A stretch of 64,000 nt of DNA from Enoplolaimus lenunculus (Eukaryota): NCBI GenBank assembly GCA_030248215.1, contig JASANG010001649.1, forward strand, positions 1 to 64,000, given 5' to 3'. Position 1 is the stretch's first letter. Each line of letters starts with the position of its first letter. The notes below the pieces were generated by a model. The model saw nothing but the letters and a program-made list of their open reading frames with translations. It was not told where the DNA came from and did not search any database. A program made the translations under genes and the position numbers. This document shows positions 63,954 through 64,000 of the stretch, one piece after another.

Positions 63954-64000
63954 ATTGGCGTTAATCTGTTGGTTTATACCACCAAATATTGAATAAAATT

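Overview
Eukaryotic, AT-rich, intron- and repeat-rich animal genomic DNA. It is probably from a nematode, inferred from TTAGGC-like repeats, TTTCAG/TTTTAG acceptors and a nematode-type globin. Four protein-coding genes can be reconstructed by hand. (1) An intronless RPL29 (9575-9766, +). (2) A complete 26-exon WDR6/Trm734-like gene spanning about 42 kb (12324-54630, +; about 1161 aa, all splice phases consistent). (3) A 3-exon, predicted N-myristoylated globin with a ~90-aa Ser/Pro-rich insertion inside the globin fold, nested antisense in WDR6 intron 3 (17960-15283, -). (4) A KChIP-type neuronal calcium sensor convergent with WDR6 (61008-56767, -), which needs a GC-AG intron and has a degenerate EF-hand 3. 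The first ~7.3 kb is decayed retroelement sequence: a LINE RNase H/CCHC 3' end, Ty3/gypsy RNase H and integrase remnants, a Helentron/DINE-like element, tRNA-like repeats and a long decayed ORF of unknown type. Introns hold several MITE families, one carrying telomere-like TTAGGC repeats, plus a 105-bp x5 array and a 49-bp x40 satellite with higher-order structure. No prokaryotic systems or CRISPR arrays are supported, and most ORFs in the supplied track are spurious. All family assignments come from motif recognition, not database searches.
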